Origin: Candidatus Bathyarchaeota archaeon
GTDB lineage: Archaea > Thermoproteota > Bathyarchaeia > Bathyarchaeales > Bathycorpusculaceae
Length of the DNA: 64,000 nucleotides
Direction of reading: 5' to 3'
Assembly (NCBI GenBank): GCA_963775465.1
Contig: CAVZIW010000003.1
Location: 192,001-256,000, forward strand
Each line of letters begins with the position of its first letter. The first letter of the stretch is position 1. This document shows positions 60,306-64,000 of this stretch, piece after piece. Both the position numbers and the translations under genes were made by a program. Below the pieces are notes generated by a model that saw only the letters and a program-made list of their open reading frames with translations, did no database searches and had not been told where the DNA came from.

Positions 60306-61682
60306 TCAAAATTGTTTTTTTGTGGGGTAACTTAGTGATGTCCACGCAGTCATTCCTCCAAGAACGTTAATTGTGTTTTTAATCCCTGCACGTTCCAGTA
60401 TGCTTATTGCGATGCTTGTTCGGTTTCCAACTGAACACATGACGGCAATAGGCTTGTCGAATGGCAAGGAAGTGACTTTGTCTGGTAGATCGGCGAAGAA
60501 AATTAGTTTAGCCCCTTCAATATAGCCGTCATCTCTCCACTCGATAGGCTCGCGGACATCCAAGAGCGTAACTTCACCTTTTTCCATTTTCCTTTTAACT
60601 TCAATAACTGACATCGTCGGGTTACTGCTAAGCGGTTTTCCAGCTTCTTGCCACTCGTTTATGCCCTCGCAAAGGTAACCGCAAAGGTTGTCGAGACCTA
60701 ACCGCCTAAATCTTGGAACTACCACATCCATGTCTTCTGGTCGTTCATTTACAAAAAGCACATATTGATTGGTTTCGAGGAGAAAGCCTGGGTAAATGCT
60801 GGTTCCGCCAAGCCATATACTTAGTGAGCCCGGGATATGTGAACCTGCAAACGAGTAAGGTAACCGTGTGTCCACAATCGTTACAAACTCGTTACCTGCT
60901 TCTTCTTCAAACTCCGATTTTGATAGAGGTTTAGGGTAAGAGCACTCGTTCAGTAGGGGTGCTCCGTTCTGATTATATTCTTCCATCTTTTTGAAATATT
61001 TTGGCACAATAAACTCGTCGCGAAGACACCTTTGGATAAATTCTTCCTTGCTTAGCTGAAGATACGGGTTGGTTTTTTTCTCATAGCCGATTGTGGTCGG
61101 TTCTTGTCCGGTTATGCCGTGACCGCAAACGCTGCCCGCACCGTGTCCAGGATAAACTAGAAGGTGATTGCCCAAAGATAGTAGTTTTTCGTGGAGGCTA
61201 AAGTAAAGTTTTTCAGCCTGAATCGGTTGCGTGGTTTTGCCATAAAGGTCTGTTCGCCCAACAGAGCCAGCAAACAAAGTGTCTCCCGTGAGAACCATAT
61301 TGGGTTCAGAGCTTTTAGGGGGATAAACAAGGTAGCTTAGGGATTCATTTGTGTGTCCTGGTGTGTAGAGACTTTTGATTTTGGAGTTTCCTATGTTTAA
61401 ACTGTCGCCATCGGTGAGGTTGTGTTGACCATATTTGAAGGGCAAAGAGTTCCCATGACCAATTTCCGCCTCTGTCATGTTTTGAAGTTCAAGCGAGCCC
61501 ACAACGTAATCTTCGTTTCGATGCGTTTCAAGAATGTACTTAATTTGAACACATTTTTCTCTAGCTATTTTCGTGTAGACTTCACAGTCACGTCTAGGAT
61601 CAACGACTGCCGCTTCATTTCCATCAGATAAGAAGTAACTATTGTGAGCTAACCCTTCAGACTTTATCGTTTTCAGCTGCAT
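60306..61682 (-). CDS. MBL-fold hydrolase (persulfide dioxygenase-like) fused to two rhodanese domains
   Basis: ETHRNEDY, TPGHT, TGDTLF, GRTDL, PGHGAGSVCG and C-terminal CSVGNR motifs. Confidence 0.9.
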   Translation of the reverse strand: MQLKTIKSEGLAHNSYFLSDGNEAAVVDPRRDCEVYTKIAREKCVQIKYILETHRNEDYVVGSLELQNMTEAEIGHGNSLPFKYGQHNLTDGDSLNIGNSKIKSLYTPGHTNESLSYLVYPPKSSEPNMVLTGDTLFAGSVGRTDLYGKTTQPIQAEKLYFSLHEKLLSLGNHLLVYPGHGAGSVCGHGITGQEPTTIGYEKKTNPYLQLSKEEFIQRCLRDEFIVPKYFKKMEEYNQNGAPLLNECSYPKPLSKSEFEEEAGNEFVTIVDTRLPYSFAGSHIPGSLSIWLGGTSIYPGFLLETNQYVLFVNERPEDMDVVVPRFRRLGLDNLCGYLCEGINEWQEAGKPLSSNPTMSVIEVKRKMEKGEVTLLDVREPIEWRDDGYIEGAKLIFFADLPDKVTSLPFDKPIAVMCSVGNRTSIAISILERAGIKNTINVLGGMTAWTSLSYPTKKQF

Positions 61683-61892
61683 TTAATCACCAGGATAATT
61701 GCAGAGAAAAAAATTGAGTGCTTCGAAAACCTGGATGGGCAAATACCCTTTAATTGAGATTTATTTCTCCGCGACAAAATAATTTAGCCTCAACAAAAAT
61801 ATCAACGACCATTAAGATTTATTCTTTTCTAAGGCTTCTCCAGAGTAATATTTTATAGCTTATCGGCGTAATTGTAAATGAGGAATTAAGTT

Positions 61893-62402
61893 ATGGGTCA
61901 CAATATGGCTTCGTGGAAACTTCTGGAAGAGATGGTTATTGAAGTAAAGAAAAAAGGTGTGAGTATTCCAGAGAACATAATGGGTGATTTAAGATCCGCC
62001 AAATCCATGATAAAACTCCATTGTACTCAAGCACAAGGAGCCGGTGACGCTCTTCAGAAAGCTGAAGAATTATCGGCGAACGTCGAAGCCTTTATTGTAA
62101 CTGAAGCCCAGAAGCTTTTTGGCTCGGAAAAAGTGGATTCATGGCTCAGGAGATTAGAGGAAGCAAACGCTGAAGTCTGTGAAGAACCTGTTATTGAAAA
62201 CAAGTTTGTCACAGGTGTTCCACGAGACCAAAAATGGGTTCGTGTAGAACCAATAAATACCCTGTCAACTCAGCGTTTAGGTCAATTAGCTAAAGAGCAA
62301 AATCTTCAAATTACTCCGCAAAAAGACGGTAAACTCGTTGTGTACGGGCAAAATGAAAGTTTAAAAGAATTCATCAAAAGAATGACCCAAGAATTTAAAT
62401 AA
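61893..62402 (+). CDS. DUF2096-like archaeal protein
   Basis: WKLLEEM...DLRSAKSMI...VPRDQKWVRV...VYG pattern. Confidence 0.7.
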   Translation: MGHNMASWKLLEEMVIEVKKKGVSIPENIMGDLRSAKSMIKLHCTQAQGAGDALQKAEELSANVEAFIVTEAQKLFGSEKVDSWLRRLEEANAEVCEEPVIENKFVTGVPRDQKWVRVEPINTLSTQRLGQLAKEQNLQITPQKDGKLVVYGQNESLKEFIKRMTQEFK

Positions 62403-62456
62403 TAATCGAAGAAACCCGTTTTGATTTCAATAATGACTAAGGCGCCCTCGAGATAC

Positions 62457-63095
62457 CTATTTTTTAGACAATAGTCGTTCGGCAAGTTGAAGTTCGGCAA
62501 AGGTATTGATGTTCACAGCAAGTTCTTCTTGGGTCATCAAGTAAATGTCTTGGTCAAGCCATTCATCGCTATACCTTTTGTGGCCGTCAATAACATTTAT
62601 TCCGACTGGAACAACGTCTTTGTTGTTATTTTTGAAAGAGTATTCTATGCACATGCCTAGTCTTGCTTTGGTTTCCAGCGGAACTGCAACTGTCAACGCA
62701 GGTTTGCCGCAAACCTCATAGCGGTTAACAACGGCATTAATCATTTCAGGTTTTACCAACGGCAAGTCAGCTGAGATAGCTAAAAAAACGCCAAACTTGA
62801 GGGTTTGGACAACATAGCCCATATCTGAAACGTAGTCTTTGCCTGGAGTTTGGATCACTTCCACACCAAGCTGAAGCATCATTGCAGTGGTTTTTGGTGT
62901 ATTTTCAGTTGTAGCAACTATAATTCTATCGATTTTCTCAGCGTTTTTCAAGGCTTCAAGCACGTATTCAATAACGGGTTTCCCACAAACTCTAACAAGC
63001 GGTTTTTCCTCGTTGAGTTTCATGCGTGTGCCTTTTCCGCCAGCCATGACAAGCGCAGTTACCGTACAACCACCGCCAACAGAACAATCACACAA
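62457..63095 (-). CDS. cobY: Adenosylcobinamide-phosphate guanylyltransferase CobY, copy 2 (start uncertain)
   Basis: MAGGKGTRM...EKPL, SADLP, GINVI and NINTFAEL motifs; downstream of cobS. Confidence 0.88.
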   Translation of the reverse strand: MCDCSVGGGCTVTALVMAGGKGTRMKLNEEKPLVRVCGKPVIEYVLEALKNAEKIDRIIVATTENTPKTTAMMLQLGVEVIQTPGKDYVSDMGYVVQTLKFGVFLAISADLPLVKPEMINAVVNRYEVCGKPALTVAVPLETKARLGMCIEYSFKNNNKDVVPVGINVIDGHKRYSDEWLDQDIYLMTQEELAVNINTFAELQLAERLLSKK

Positions 63096-63841
63096 ACCAA
63101 CCTTGTTAAATCGTTAGTTGCCCCAAAGACGTCTCCAGTTACGCCCTTAAAGTGTTTATGCGCAACCGCAACCATTGCCAAACCAGCTAAAATAGCGCTT
63201 AAAACAACAAATATACCTGCTATCCTCAAAAAAATCAATCCAATCATGAAAGAAATAGTTAATGCCACCAGTAGTCTCCAGTTGCCTCCTCGACCATGCA
63301 TAGCCTCTAGAAAGGGTGAATTCATACCTTGATGGATGGATTTACCTGCCCAAGCGGCAACAACCATTGAGAGTTTTGCGCACATTTCGACAACTATGAT
63401 TGCGGGGAATACGAGGGGAACATTGAATCTTCCAACTGGTACACCTAGTGACCCTATTGCTAGTGCAGTAATTAGCATGGTCAATATACCCAATGATAAA
63501 CCTCCCGCACCTGTAAGTTGGTCATGCATTACGTCAATTTTGTGTTCAGGCGTTCCGTGTGCCATCACGCCGTCTCCAAAATCCAGTAACCCATCCGTGT
63601 GGTGTAGTCCAGTCATCCATAATAGCAATGCAAAAACTAACGCGCCTGCCACAATGTCTGGCAAAAACCGGAACGAGACTATTCCAAACAAGGCTGCTAA
63701 CAATCCGATAAACGCACCCAGGAAGGGAAAAGCCCACATGTTTCGTGCGCAGTCAGTCAGCATATCCTTATCCATGGCGACTGGGAAAACTGTTAAGAAA
63801 GATAGTAGATTTTTTAATTGTTTAACGACCAAGCGCTTCAC
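63059..63841 (-). CDS. cobS: Cobamide synthase CobS, canonical copy 2
   Basis: TGLHHTDGLLDFGDG, MHDQLTGAGG and GVTGDVFGA motifs. Confidence 0.92.
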   Translation of the reverse strand: MKRLVVKQLKNLLSFLTVFPVAMDKDMLTDCARNMWAFPFLGAFIGLLAALFGIVSFRFLPDIVAGALVFALLLWMTGLHHTDGLLDFGDGVMAHGTPEHKIDVMHDQLTGAGGLSLGILTMLITALAIGSLGVPVGRFNVPLVFPAIIVVEMCAKLSMVVAAWAGKSIHQGMNSPFLEAMHGRGGNWRLLVALTISFMIGLIFLRIAGIFVVLSAILAGLAMVAVAHKHFKGVTGDVFGATNDLTRLVCVIVLLAVVVR

Positions 63842-63999
63842 TTTATGCCCATCAGTAAGGCATAGTTACGCTCTATTTCCTTAAGAAGTATATCCTTTGT
63901 GACTGCGCTGCCTGTTTTTGCCATCGCTGCGATCGATGCACCGCCTGCTCCTACTCCTTCTTTGACCAGTCCAGTCTCATAGATTCGCAAGCCAGGGTA
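63838..63999 (-). CDS. cobT: C-terminus of archaeal CobT (nicotinate-nucleotide:base phosphoribosyltransferase), 5' part outside the window
   Basis: Manual translation YPGLRIYETGLVKEGVGAGGASIAAM...GIK*, with the VKEGVGAGG signature and a GTGA overlap with cobS. Confidence 0.8.
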   Translation of the reverse strand, partial: YPGLRIYETGLVKEGVGAGGASIAAMAKTGSAVTKDILLKEIERNYALLMGIK

Positions 64000-64000
64000 C

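Noticed and set aside
1-64000. CRISPR arrays, tRNA/rRNA genes, IS elements or integrases, cobalamin riboswitch
   Set aside because: Intergenic regions are short and AT-rich, and by eye I saw no periodic repeats, cloverleaf or T-loop signatures, transposase ORFs or B12-box. A tRNAscan-SE/Infernal run would be needed to exclude small RNAs formally.

Overview
An archaeal chromosomal segment with AT-leaning sequence. Gene content (crenarchaeal-type PolB1, AglB, thermosome, CarS, OSTC-like and PAC4-like proteins) points to a TACK archaeon, most likely Bathyarchaeia; this is inference. The right part (about 24.7-64 kb) is mostly housekeeping: nth, XPD, radB, carS, topA, aglB/aglH, moeA x2, an RsmB-type methylase, polB1, endonuclease IV, an ECF module, prefoldin, sua5, thermosome, thyA, and a conventional cobT-cobS-cobY operon at the window edge. 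The left part (1-24.7 kb, open to the left) is the notable region. It holds a tetraether-synthase (Tes)-like radical SAM translationally coupled to a divergent DGGGP-synthase-like UbiA protein, a GMGT-synthase (Gms)-like radical SAM/SPASM enzyme, four cobalamin-binding radical SAM enzymes, three glycosyltransferases, an NDP-sugar epimerase and a methyltransferase. Interleaved with these are cbiB, cobD and second, divergent copies of cobY and cobS. My best reading is a self-contained pathway for modified tetraether (glyco)lipids, in which the cobamide nucleotide-loop enzymes either supply a dedicated cofactor or have been repurposed for head-group assembly. Three genes in this cluster carry frameshifts or stops. 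I saw no rRNA, tRNA, CRISPR array, intein or IS element. All family calls come from motif recognition, not database searches.
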